NCBI GenBank assembly: GCA_035285025.1
Contig: JAYKHY010000011.1
Location: forward strand, 5,412-69,411
DNA: 64,000 nucleotides
Reading direction: 5' to 3'
Source of the DNA: Vampirovibrionales bacterium
GTDB lineage: Bacteria > Cyanobacteriota > Vampirovibrionia > Vampirovibrionales > JAJTHC01
The translations under genes were made by a program, and so were the position numbers. Below the pieces are notes generated by a model. That model was not told the origin of the DNA. It did no database searches and saw only the letters and a list, made by a program, of their open reading frames with translations. Below are positions 22,530 through 31,873 of the stretch, one piece after another (positions within the stretch are counted from its first letter, which is position 1; the number at the start of each line of letters is the position of its first letter).

Positions 22530-24023
22530 ATGACGGAACATTACGCTGACGCTGCTTTGGCGCCCGAAGCCAGCAACCGGATGCTGCCTGCAGCAAGCAC
22601 GAGCCACTGGTTTTATGCCGGCCCCGTAATTGCCGTGGTGGGTCGCCCCAACGTGGGTAAATCTACATTAATTAACCGCATTGTGGGCGCGCGCAAGGCG
22701 ATTGTGGATGATTTGCCGGGTGTGACCCGAGACCGGGCCTACTATGCGGCGCAGTGGCAGAATCAGGCGATTACCCTGATGGACACTGGCGGATTGGTGC
22801 CAGAACTTAGCCACGCCGATGATTCGACGGATGACCCGTTTGGCGAAGGCATTAACGCGCAAGTAATGCTCGCGTTGCTGGAGGCGGATGTTGTGATTCT
22901 GGTGGTGGATGCACAAGCAGGCCCTATGGCGCTGGATTTGGCTGTGGCGCAAAAAATCAGAAAATCCGGTAAACCCTGCCTGGTGGCAGCTAACAAAATC
23001 GATACGCCAGAGCAGCTGACACTACAACACGCGTTTTACGAACTGGGGTTGGGCGAGCCGGTGCCGATGTCGGCCATGCACGGCAGCGGCGGCGTTGGGC
23101 AACTGCTCGATAAAGCCTTGGCGCAAGTGCCCGAGGCACGCAAGGTGCTGGTTTCGGCCGCGCAACCCGAGGATTCTGACGCTGAAGCGCAGCAGGCGCG
23201 CACGCGCATCGCGATTTTAGGGCGGCCCAACGTGGGTAAATCCTCGATTTTAAACAAGTTGCTTAAAACCGATCGCGCCCTGGTGAGCGATGTGGCGGGC
23301 ACGACGCGCGACGCGCTGGATGCGCCCTTGACCGTGGTGGATAAAGCGGGCGAGGCGCATCATTATATTTTGGTTGATACCGCGGGCATCCGCCGCAAAA
23401 AGAAGGTCGATTATGGCGTCGAGCTGTTTTCGGTGGATAGAGCCTTAAAGGCGATGCGCGAAGCAGAAGTTGCCGTTTTGGTGCTGGATGCCGAGGCCAC
23501 ATTGGCCGAAGGCGTGAGCGATCAGGATAAAAAAATTGCCGATGCGATTATCGAGGCGGGGCGCTCGTTGGTGCTGGCCATTAACAAATGGGATTTGGTG
23601 CCCGATAAAAGCGCGATGACAACCAGCAAAATCGAGAAGCATTTGCGCCGTACGCTACCGCATCTGGATTTTGCGCCCATGGTGTTTGTGTCCGCGCAAT
23701 CCGGGTTGCGCCTGACAAAAATGCTTGAAATTGCGCAAAAAGTTGCGGAAAACGCCAAACGCCGGATTAAAACGCCCTTGGTGAATCAGGTGCTGCAAGA
23801 TGCTTTGACGATGCACGCGCCGCCGCCGATTAAGAGTCGATCGCTAAAAATTCGCTACGCAACACAGGCGGGCGTTCAGCCGCCCACGTTTGTGCTGTTT
23901 TGCAACGATGCCCGTCTGATTAAGCCCGCGTATCAGCGATACCTTGAAAAACAGTTCCGGTCGCGATTTTACCTGGAAGGCACGCCCATTCGTCTGGTGT
24001 TCCGTGGGCGCGAAGAAAAATAA
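22530..24023 (+). CDS. der: Ribosome-associated GTPase Der/EngA (two tandem GTPase domains plus KH-like C-terminus)
   Basis: Two G1 motifs, [17 protein letters not shown] and IAILGRPNVGKSSILN, and C-terminal similarity to Der. It has an N-terminal extension and a long acidic inter-domain linker. Confidence 0.9.
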   Translation: MTEHYADAALAPEASNRMLPAASTSHWFYAGPVIAVVGRPNVGKSTLINRIVGARKAIVDDLPGVTRDRAYYAAQWQNQAITLMDTGGLVPELSHADDSTDDPFGEGINAQVMLALLEADVVILVVDAQAGPMALDLAVAQKIRKSGKPCLVAANKIDTPEQLTLQHAFYELGLGEPVPMSAMHGSGGVGQLLDKALAQVPEARKVLVSAAQPEDSDAEAQQARTRIAILGRPNVGKSSILNKLLKTDRALVSDVAGTTRDALDAPLTVVDKAGEAHHYILVDTAGIRRKKKVDYGVELFSVDRALKAMREAEVAVLVLDAEATLAEGVSDQDKKIADAIIEAGRSLVLAINKWDLVPDKSAMTTSKIEKHLRRTLPHLDFAPMVFVSAQSGLRLTKMLEIAQKVAENAKRRIKTPLVNQVLQDALTMHAPPPIKSRSLKIRYATQAGVQPPTFVLFCNDARLIKPAYQRYLEKQFRSRFYLEGTPIRLVFRGREEK

Positions 24024-24497
24024 TCTGGCGGGTTGTAAGCTGGCAGATGCAACGCTCCACGCAACAGACCGTCGTTTTAATAGGGTCAGCAAACTTTAAA
24101 CAACCTGCTTGAGAGCAACCTGCTGTGCGCTTCGGGCTGCGGTTGGGTGCGCGTTTTGGGAGCTCTAAAAACGGGGATTTGCCCGCGATTGATGCTTAAA
24201 GGCGTGCGCGATGAGGCCTTTAAGCTGTATAGTCTGGCCGCTTTTTTTGAATAACGCCATTTCATCAAGATTTAGCGCTTCGTCGAATCCAGCACGAAGC
24301 GTTGCGAGTTATAAAACCAGTTACAGGCCTTAAGTTTGTGCCGCACGTAATCGCATGCCCGAGCGTTTAAGTCCATAGGCATTTAAGTGCCAGCTAGTTA
24401 GCTTGCATGTGAATGCACAGTTTTGGCCAAACCCTTAACTTAAACGGTTGATTAAAACGGCTGATTGAAATGTTAATTTGCAAGGTAAAAAAAAGAT

Positions 24498-26726
24498 TTG
24501 ATGAAAAGTTTTTGTTTGAATGATTTGTGCGATAATAATTTGATGCTGTCTCGTATTTTGTTTGCGTTAAGTTTAGCCCTTTCGCTGCAAGCCGTGGTTA
24601 CTGCGCCCGCAAGCTTGCTTTGGGCCGAAGCCACTGGCACCCACAAAGGGGCGGACCCTGAGGCGACTGTTGCGCCGCAGGCTTCTGGTGCCGAAGTGTT
24701 AAAGAAAAGCGAGCAGCGCGCGCCGGAGCGGGTAGAGTCGCGTGCGTCTGAGCAGCTGTTGCTCGGCGATTTAGAGCCGATGACGCCAGGGCCAAGCAGT
24801 GCCTTGCGGAACGAGGCGTCGGGCGCGATGGCTGCCGAGCGCTCGGATGGTTCGGATGTGAGTGATGCGGCCACTGTGGACCCGGCCAAAACAATCACAA
24901 CGCGCGCCGTGGTGGATATTGACAGCAAAACGCTAACCTACGACGAATTAAAAGACGTTTATATCGCCCGCGGCGATGCCAGCAGCCAGGTACACGTTGT
25001 GGTCAGCGAGCAAAACAGCGAGCTGATTGCGGATGAGGTGACCTACGATAAAAATACGCAGCAGATGATTGCGCGGGGCCACGTGATTATTTTGCGCAAC
25101 GGCACCCGAACAGACGGCACGTTTGCGCGGATTGATTTGGGGCGTAAATCCGCGCTGATTCAAAAGCCGGTCACCAAGCTTGAGGCGGTGCGCGTCAAAG
25201 CGGACGTTACCTACGTAAGCGATGATTATTATGAAATGCGCGATGGCCGGTTTATTCTGGATGGTGCGCAAGCGACCGCGCGTATTGGCCGGGGGCGCCC
25301 GCGTACGCCGGCAGAAGATCCGACGTTGACCACAGACGCAAGAACCGGACAGCGTATTGCGCCAAGCGCCTCGATAGAGGCTTACAGCGACCCGTTGGGG
25401 GATACCGCTGGCCTTACGCCAGAAGGCATGGCGCAGCGTAATGCCGCAAACGCCAAGTTGGCAAACGAGGTGCTGGATTTATCTGAGCCGCAGCCGGATA
25501 ACAAATCGCCGTTCCATATTAAAGTGGGCGAGGTGGATGTTTACCGCGAAGAAGACGGCTATAACAAGGTGCTGCTCAAGCAGCCTTCGCTTTATTATAA
25601 AAAATTCAAGGTCGCGACCGCGCACAGCGCTGATTTTTCGTTGGATGCCAAGGCCGGAACCACTGAATATCTGGGGCCGGATATTGGTTTTGACCCGGAT
25701 TTGGGCGGTCTATACGCCGGGCCAGGCTACGATTTTAGGCTGCTGAACGGGGTTGCGCGGGTCTCTCCGATTTTAACTTACGGTAATACAGCCCGGCGAT
25801 CCGATGGCGGTAGACGCTTGAGCGAGCTGGATAATCCGTTAGGGATTGGGATTGCGTCCCACTTCAGGAACAGTACCACGGCGCTGGATGCGTTTTACAG
25901 CACCAGTGCGCAGCAGGCGGTTTTATACGGCGAGCATCGGTTAACGCAAGCGACGCGTTTAATGGGCGCGTTACACCAGGATTATACCAACGGCTTTTTA
26001 GGCGTTGAGCGGCCCGGGTATTCGTTGCAGGTAACCGACCGCCGGCAGCTGGCCCGTTTTGGCGCGTTTAGCGTTGATTCGTTCAGTAGTTTGGGCGCCT
26101 TAAAAGATGACTTCTTCCCGACGAACCGTCAGCGGTTTTTTGTGAGCGCCGATACGTCAGGTGAACCTGAAGTTGCGGGCCGCGCGCAGTTCCAGGTGCG
26201 TTTGCGCAACAACCGACCACTGGTTAATTTTAAAAACATTTTAACCGCCGGCTTCGAGGCGCAGGGGTTATTCTCGGCCTACAGCACCAGCGATTTTAGA
26301 AGCATTTTGCGTGGCGGCCCTACAGCACAGTTAAGCCTGGGGCCTGTTACCAGCCGGGTGCGCTATTTTGCCTCGAACGTAACCGGCGAAACCCCGTTTG
26401 TGGCGGATGCGTTTTACCAGGGTCGGCACAACGTTAGCACGATTAACCAGTATAAATTATCGGAGTTTATTAGCGTCGGCATGCAGAATAGCTTTAGCCT
26501 GCAAAAAGACAACGCGCGCGGTGACCTGGTGATTGGTAATGCGGTTTACGCCCTATTTGGCCCCAAAGAGCTTAAAGTAAGGCTGAGCTATGATTTTATT
26601 AACCAGCGCTCGGCGTTTACGGTCAATTTCTTCCCGACGGAGGGGGATTTGAACGTAGACTTTGACACGATGCGCGTGTATCAGCCGCAAAACTACGGCA
26701 CGGCAAGCGGGCGTCAGTGGTTTTAG
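24498..26726 (+). CDS. lptD: LPS-assembly outer-membrane protein LptD-like (OstA N-terminal domain plus large beta-barrel)
   Basis: Signal peptide. The N-terminal region has an OstA/LptA-like beta-jellyroll pattern (IARGDASSQVHVV...ADEVTYDKNTQQMIARGHVIIL). A ~550-aa beta-rich C-terminal region ends in an aromatic residue (…GRQWF). Confidence 0.55.
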   Translation: MMKSFCLNDLCDNNLMLSRILFALSLALSLQAVVTAPASLLWAEATGTHKGADPEATVAPQASGAEVLKKSEQRAPERVESRASEQLLLGDLEPMTPGPSSALRNEASGAMAAERSDGSDVSDAATVDPAKTITTRAVVDIDSKTLTYDELKDVYIARGDASSQVHVVVSEQNSELIADEVTYDKNTQQMIARGHVIILRNGTRTDGTFARIDLGRKSALIQKPVTKLEAVRVKADVTYVSDDYYEMRDGRFILDGAQATARIGRGRPRTPAEDPTLTTDARTGQRIAPSASIEAYSDPLGDTAGLTPEGMAQRNAANAKLANEVLDLSEPQPDNKSPFHIKVGEVDVYREEDGYNKVLLKQPSLYYKKFKVATAHSADFSLDAKAGTTEYLGPDIGFDPDLGGLYAGPGYDFRLLNGVARVSPILTYGNTARRSDGGRRLSELDNPLGIGIASHFRNSTTALDAFYSTSAQQAVLYGEHRLTQATRLMGALHQDYTNGFLGVERPGYSLQVTDRRQLARFGAFSVDSFSSLGALKDDFFPTNRQRFFVSADTSGEPEVAGRAQFQVRLRNNRPLVNFKNILTAGFEAQGLFSAYSTSDFRSILRGGPTAQLSLGPVTSRVRYFASNVTGETPFVADAFYQGRHNVSTINQYKLSEFISVGMQNSFSLQKDNARGDLVIGNAVYALFGPKELKVRLSYDFINQRSAFTVNFFPTEGDLNVDFDTMRVYQPQNYGTASGRQWF

Positions 26727-26902
26727 GCCGCGTGTTTTAAGCTGTACAGGGTTTTAACCTAAATTGCGCTGACCTGTAAAATACAGTCAGGGCAAGTGTT
26801 TTTGCCAATACGATGAATTATTCTTAGCCTAAATCGACCGCAACACAACATGGTTAGAGTAATCCGGACAAAGTCAAATATTTAATCTGTTTTTGGCGTG
26901 GT

Positions 26903-27364
26903 TTAACTAAGCGCTTTATAGGCTTTCTCAAAGAAGCCACCCAAGCCCTTTGTCTTAATTGTGTTAAAAATTTCGCCAAGCATTTTACGCTGGTCAGGGT
27001 TTGCGACCCATTCCACGCCTTCGCGATGGACAGCCATCGCCACACCTGCGGATACGCCTAAAGCACTAAGAAAAGGCCCAACAAACGGAATGGCTAATGA
27101 GCCTAAACCCACAGCCGAGGCTGCACCTGCAAATGAGAGTTGTGTGGCAGCTTTGTGGAGTAAATAACTCAGTTGTAAAGCCTTATTTCCGCTTCGACGC
27201 AGAGGATGGGTAGCCGAGCCGTAGTAGGGAATACCTCCGGGCAAAGAAATTGCACCGCCGACAAGATTTTTAACAACATCACAAGCACCTACAGGCTTTT
27301 TAACCGCCTGCGTAACGGCGTTAATGGCATTGTTCGATGCGCCCGCAGGCGAAATCGACGTCAT
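26903..27364 (-). CDS. Hypothetical glycine-zipper membrane protein (153 aa) in an AT-rich pocket
   Basis: Strong SD (GAGGAG) before the ATG. The central segment AGAASAVGLGSLAIPFVGPFLSALGVSAGVAMAV is a GxxxG/AxxxA glycine-zipper TM region. No signal peptide. Local AT content is higher than the flanks. Confidence 0.5.
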   Translation of the reverse strand: MTSISPAGASNNAINAVTQAVKKPVGACDVVKNLVGGAISLPGGIPYYGSATHPLRRSGNKALQLSYLLHKAATQLSFAGAASAVGLGSLAIPFVGPFLSALGVSAGVAMAVHREGVEWVANPDQRKMLGEIFNTIKTKGLGGFFEKAYKALS

Positions 27365-27486
27365 ACACTCTTGCTCCTCAAAATGATAAACTCAAAAACC
27401 TGGCCTAAAAAATCTTGGTTGCATGCATAAAACCCATTATGTAGCATTTGGTGCGCCTCTTATAACGGAGTTCTCTTACCCGCATT

Positions 27487-28842
27487 TTGGCTTTCGCCGC
27501 AGTGGTAGTCCAAAAAAAGTCGTTTATGAAACACACGCCGGATTGCGGTATCATAGACCAAAGCATTGACCAACGTAATAGAGGCCTTAAAACGATGCCC
27601 AGCGTAACATTTGATTCGCCCTACCTGCTGCAGAGCCCCCTTGTTGAGCAAACCTTGGGCAACGCCAAGCACCCGCTCAAGCCGATTGCAGACAAAGTGC
27701 TGGCTGGTGAGCGCCTGAGCCTGGACGAAGGCCTTGCGCTATACGAGAGCAACGATTTGCTGTATTTAGGCCTGCTTGCGGATTTTAAGCGCCGCCAGAT
27801 GCACCAGACGCAAAACGTTTACTGGGTACATAACTTCCACATTAACCCCACCAACATTTGCGAAGACACGTGCACGTTTTGCTCGTTTAAAAAGGGGCCT
27901 AACTCGCCGTACGCCTACCAGATGTCGGTGGAAGATGCCTTAAACAGCGTGCGTGCCTACCCCGGTCACGATACGCTGCGGGAGTTTCATATTGTGGGCG
28001 GGCATTACCGGCAGCTTACGCTGGCGTATCACGTTGAGCTATTCAAGGCACTTAAAAAAGAGTTTCCGCACGTGGCGATTAAAGGCCTGACCGCCGCCGA
28101 AATTGACTTTTTTGGCAAGATTGATGGCGTCACGCCCGAGCAGTGCTTGCAAGAACTTAAGGCCGCTGGGCTGGATGCATTGCCCGGTGGCGGCGCCGAG
28201 GTGTTTGCCGAGCGGATTCGGCAAATTGTTTGCCCAGATAAAATCACGGCAGACCGTTGGCTCGAAATTCACGGGATGGCGCACGCGATGGGCATCCCGA
28301 GCAACGCGACCATGCTTGCGGGCTTGGGCGAAACCCCTGCCGAACGGGTGGATCATATGGTTCGCCTAAGAACCCAGCAGGATAAGAGTTTATCGCAGCA
28401 GAGTTTGTGCCAGGGAGGGGGCTCGGGGGCGCAACATGCCAATGTTGCTTTAAATTGCTCAACGGCCCTCGCGAACAAGTCCACTTCCACCGGAGCTTTC
28501 ATGAGTTTTATCCCCTTAAACTGCTATTACGACAACAACAAAATCGACGCCAAACACGCGCTTACAGGCGTTGAGAACCTGAAAAACTTTGCCGTTTCGC
28601 GGTTAATGCTGGATAATATTCCGCACATTAAATCGTTCTGGATTCATATTGGCGAAAAGATGAGCCAGATTGGCCTGTTTTTTGGCGTGGACGACGTAGA
28701 CGGCACGGTGGTGCACGAGAAAATTGCCCACGCAGCGGGGACGGAATCGAGCGAGCATTTAACGCGCGCGCAACTGGAGCATCTCATCGTCAACGCCGGC
28801 CGCGTGCCCGTGGAGCGCGATTTGTTTTACAACGTGGTGTAA
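27487..28842 (+). CDS. Radical SAM menaquinone (futalosine pathway) enzyme, MqnC/MqnE family
   Basis: CEDTCTFC (CxxxCxxC) radical-SAM cluster motif, an HIVGG motif and a MqnC/MqnE/CofH-like C-terminal half. The likely start is the ATG at ~27595 (MPSVTF). Contains a low-complexity insert (…QGGGSGAQHANVALNCSTALANKSTSTG…). Confidence 0.7.
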   Translation: MAFAAVVVQKKSFMKHTPDCGIIDQSIDQRNRGLKTMPSVTFDSPYLLQSPLVEQTLGNAKHPLKPIADKVLAGERLSLDEGLALYESNDLLYLGLLADFKRRQMHQTQNVYWVHNFHINPTNICEDTCTFCSFKKGPNSPYAYQMSVEDALNSVRAYPGHDTLREFHIVGGHYRQLTLAYHVELFKALKKEFPHVAIKGLTAAEIDFFGKIDGVTPEQCLQELKAAGLDALPGGGAEVFAERIRQIVCPDKITADRWLEIHGMAHAMGIPSNATMLAGLGETPAERVDHMVRLRTQQDKSLSQQSLCQGGGSGAQHANVALNCSTALANKSTSTGAFMSFIPLNCYYDNNKIDAKHALTGVENLKNFAVSRLMLDNIPHIKSFWIHIGEKMSQIGLFFGVDDVDGTVVHEKIAHAAGTESSEHLTRAQLEHLIVNAGRVPVERDLFYNVV

Positions 28843-28847
28843 AAGTT

Positions 28848-29120
28848 TTAGCTATCTTCTTTTAGGACTTCCCAAGGTTCTGTACTTTCTCCCTTCTTGT
28901 CAAAAGTAATGTAATTTGCAACATCCATACTAGGCCCTGCGCTACTTTGACGTCCAACAAAGCGATATGTAGTACTTTCGGGAGTTTTCGACGACACTAC
29001 AGGAGCATGTTCTCGCAATTGAATGCGAACTTCTTGCTGGCCTGTACCTTGTCTGAGTGTTGAATACGGGGCTAAGTTTTGAAATTGCGCAAGAGTAATG
29101 CCAAAGTGTGCAAGACGCAT
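28848..29120 (-). CDS. Hypothetical small protein (90 aa) on the opposite strand in an AT-rich wedge between the two mqn genes
   Basis: ORF with an ATG start. The region 28.85-29.19 kb is markedly AT-richer than the flanks. Confidence 0.3.
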   Translation of the reverse strand: MRLAHFGITLAQFQNLAPYSTLRQGTGQQEVRIQLREHAPVVSSKTPESTTYRFVGRQSSAGPSMDVANYITFDKKGESTEPWEVLKEDS

Positions 29121-29191
29121 AAATAAATATAAAATCCTTTTAGAATCAGATATTAAGTCTACTTATTCAAAAAACCTGTGAAAGTTTTTAA

Positions 29192-30085
29192 ATGCTTCGT
29201 CTGGGCGAAATTGAATACTTGAATACGCTGCCCTTTAGCGCAGTGTTTTTGGACTTAGAATTAAAAGAAGACGCTCATTCCATAAGCGGCACGCGTTGTG
29301 GCATGAGCGTTATAAAAGATACCCCGGCGGGCCTGAACGCGAAATTACTGGCTGGCGAGCTGGACGCCTCGGGCGTGTCGGCGGCGTGTTTACTGCAAAA
29401 CCCACAGGCGCTGATTCAGCTGCCGGGTTTGGGCATTAGCAGCCCCGGCCCGGTGATGAGCGTAACTGTGCTGAGCCCCGTGCCTTGGGCGGCACTCGCG
29501 GAGCAACCTGCGATTCAGGTCACGCCCGCCTCGGCCAGCGCGCGCGCGATGCTAAAGGGACTTCTGTTAGAGCAATTCGGTCAATATCCTGTGTTTGAGG
29601 AACTTAGAGATGCCCACAGGGAGGGAGCGCGAGGGAGGGAACGGCCCTCGAAAAAAAGCCATGTTCGCTTGGAAACAATCCCTCCACTCCAACCAAAGCT
29701 CATTATTGGCGATGCCGCGCTGGCCGAGCTGGATAACCCGAACTGGCCTTATAAACTGGATTTGGCGAGCCAATGGCACGCGCACACCGGCTTGCCCGCT
29801 GTGTTTGGCGTGTGGGCTGCGCGTCGCGCGTGGGCTGAGCAACACCCCGAGGCGTTTATTGCGCTTTCGGAGGCATTGCAAGCCGCAGCAAATTGCTATA
29901 AAACAGAGGCACATCGACAGGCGCAGGTGCTAGAGCTGGCTTACAATCGCTCGGATTTGCCCAGAGCGCGCCTTGAAACGTACCTGACATGCGCTATAGA
30001 CTATGCGTGGCAAGATGCGCACGCGCAAGCCTTGGCTCGGTTGGGCGAAATGCTCAAGCTTGAACGGACAACGTTACCCGCATGA
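29192..30085 (+). CDS. Menaquinone biosynthesis protein MqnA/MqnD family (futalosine pathway; chorismate dehydratase-like)
   Basis: N-terminal LRLGEIEYLNTLPF matches the MqnA (G.I.YLN..P) signature with a periplasmic-binding-protein-like fold. A charged low-complexity insert (DAHREGARGRERPSKKSH) is present. The stop overlaps the tsaD start. Confidence 0.65.
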   Translation: MLRLGEIEYLNTLPFSAVFLDLELKEDAHSISGTRCGMSVIKDTPAGLNAKLLAGELDASGVSAACLLQNPQALIQLPGLGISSPGPVMSVTVLSPVPWAALAEQPAIQVTPASASARAMLKGLLLEQFGQYPVFEELRDAHREGARGRERPSKKSHVRLETIPPLQPKLIIGDAALAELDNPNWPYKLDLASQWHAHTGLPAVFGVWAARRAWAEQHPEAFIALSEALQAAANCYKTEAHRQAQVLELAYNRSDLPRARLETYLTCAIDYAWQDAHAQALARLGEMLKLERTTLPA

Positions 30086-31110
30086 AAATCTTAGCCCTTG
30101 AATCCAGTTGTGACGATACCGGTGCCGCCATTATTGAGGATGGTCGGCGCGTGCTGGCCAACAAAGTAGCGTCTCAGGTGCAAATCCATACCCCGTTTGG
30201 TGGCGTACTGCCCGAAGCGGCTGCGCGCGAGCATTTGCTGGCCGTTAACGCGGTGGTGCAGGCAGCACTCGATGAAGCTGGCCTGAGTTTGGCAGACATG
30301 GATGCGTTTGCGGCGACCATAGGGCCGGGGCTGATTGGCTCGTTACTGATTGCATCGAGTACGGCGAAAGCCTTGAGTTTACTGACCGCAAAGCCTTTTT
30401 TAGGGATTAATCATTTATATGGCCACGTCGCCAGCGCGTATCTGGAAAGTGATTTAGAACCGCCGTTTTTATGTTTACTCGTCAGTGGCGGGCATACGCA
30501 GCTGATTCATGTCAAATCATTTTCGGACATGCAGATTTTGGGCGAAACGCTGGATGACGCTGTAGGCGAGGCGTATGACAAAACCGCGCGCTTGCTGGGG
30601 TTGCCCTTCCCCGGGGGGCCGGTGCTGGATAAACTGGCGGCGCAAGGCGACGCAACGCGATTTGAATTGCCGATTGCCAAAACGCAGTCGCCTTGGGATT
30701 TTAGCTTTAGCGGACTCAAAACGGCGGTGAATCGTCAGTGGTCAGGCTTGCTTCAGGCGCACCCGGATTGGAATCCTGCGCTGGATACAGACAATAACGA
30801 CAGCCCGTTTGCGCAAGCACGTGCCGACATGGCGGCGAGCTTCCAGCGCGTGGCGGTTAAAACCTTGCTGGATAAAACGCTTGCTTGCGCCAAGGCGCAC
30901 GGATTACAGCAGGTTTCGATTTGCGGCGGCGTGGCGGCCAATAGCGCACTGCGGCAGGCGTTTTGGGGGTGCGAGGCCGTGTCTGCCACGATTCCGGCGT
31001 TTAGATTTTGTACCGATAACGCCGCCATGATTGGCGCGAGCGCCTTTTTTAACCCAATCACGCAGGATTTGGGGCAGGATGTGTTTTCTCGGGTGTTGGT
31101 TCGGGCTTAG
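30082..31110 (+). CDS. tsaD: tRNA N6-adenosine threonylcarbamoyltransferase TsaD (Kae1/YgjD)
   Basis: MKILALESSCDDTGAAI N-terminus and full-length TsaD similarity with its metal-binding His pair. Confidence 0.9.
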   Translation: MKILALESSCDDTGAAIIEDGRRVLANKVASQVQIHTPFGGVLPEAAAREHLLAVNAVVQAALDEAGLSLADMDAFAATIGPGLIGSLLIASSTAKALSLLTAKPFLGINHLYGHVASAYLESDLEPPFLCLLVSGGHTQLIHVKSFSDMQILGETLDDAVGEAYDKTARLLGLPFPGGPVLDKLAAQGDATRFELPIAKTQSPWDFSFSGLKTAVNRQWSGLLQAHPDWNPALDTDNNDSPFAQARADMAASFQRVAVKTLLDKTLACAKAHGLQQVSICGGVAANSALRQAFWGCEAVSATIPAFRFCTDNAAMIGASAFFNPITQDLGQDVFSRVLVRA

Positions 31111-31417
31111 CGCTTACCTCAGGAAATCATAAATTTGCTTCGCTATGCAAAACGCGCGCGCAGGGTTAGGCTATAACACATCAGCGCTTTTAACAGAATA
31201 TTTCGCTCGAATGGCGAGTTAGCTTGCCTGTGCGGGCTGGGCGTTATAAAAACGCTTTTTTACATAAAAGCGTCGCCTCTCCCGCGCCCCTTGAACGTTT
31301 TTCTGGGGAAACTCGCTCAACCCGTTTGTAAAAATGATTCTTGATTATTGGTTTTCAACTAACTGACAATTCACGTTATTTAAACCACTTTTTAAAAAGA
31401 GGAGCATACGCACGCCT

Positions 31418-31846
31418 ATGGCGCGTTTTATTGTGCTGGCCAGCGGAGCCACTGCTGCTAGTCGACCAGATCCGAATTTGCTTGCGACCACAAATCCAGA
31501 GTGGTCTGGGCCGTTGGATCCGCCCGGTGCGGCGTGGCAAAGTCAGGGGAGTAAGGCGTTATTCCCGTTGGAGCCATTAACCGGCGGCGGCGACACGCCC
31601 ATGATTGTGGCGTTGATGCCTGGGGCCGGGGTGACCAGTGTGGATATCAGCGCGTGGTTTTACGTGGATGGCGTTGCGCAGTGGCTCCAGTTTAATAAGA
31701 ACACGCCAACGCTAACGTTGACGCAAAAATCTCTGGTGTTTATCGAGAATCCTTCTGGGCTGCCTTGCTATATTCAGCTGAGCAATTTTGTGGGCGGCAC
31801 GACGGCTAGTTTGTACGCCGATGCGCAGACGGCACAGATTGCTTGA
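31418..31846 (+). CDS. Hypothetical protein (142 aa), first gene of the phage-like cluster
   Basis: Strong SD AAGAGGAG 8 nt before the ATG. No signal peptide beyond a weakly hydrophobic N-terminus. Confidence 0.55.
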   Translation: MARFIVLASGATAASRPDPNLLATTNPEWSGPLDPPGAAWQSQGSKALFPLEPLTGGGDTPMIVALMPGAGVTSVDISAWFYVDGVAQWLQFNKNTPTLTLTQKSLVFIENPSGLPCYIQLSNFVGGTTASLYADAQTAQIA

Positions 31847-31873
31847 GTCTAGTTTTGCGTTGGAGTGTGCAGG

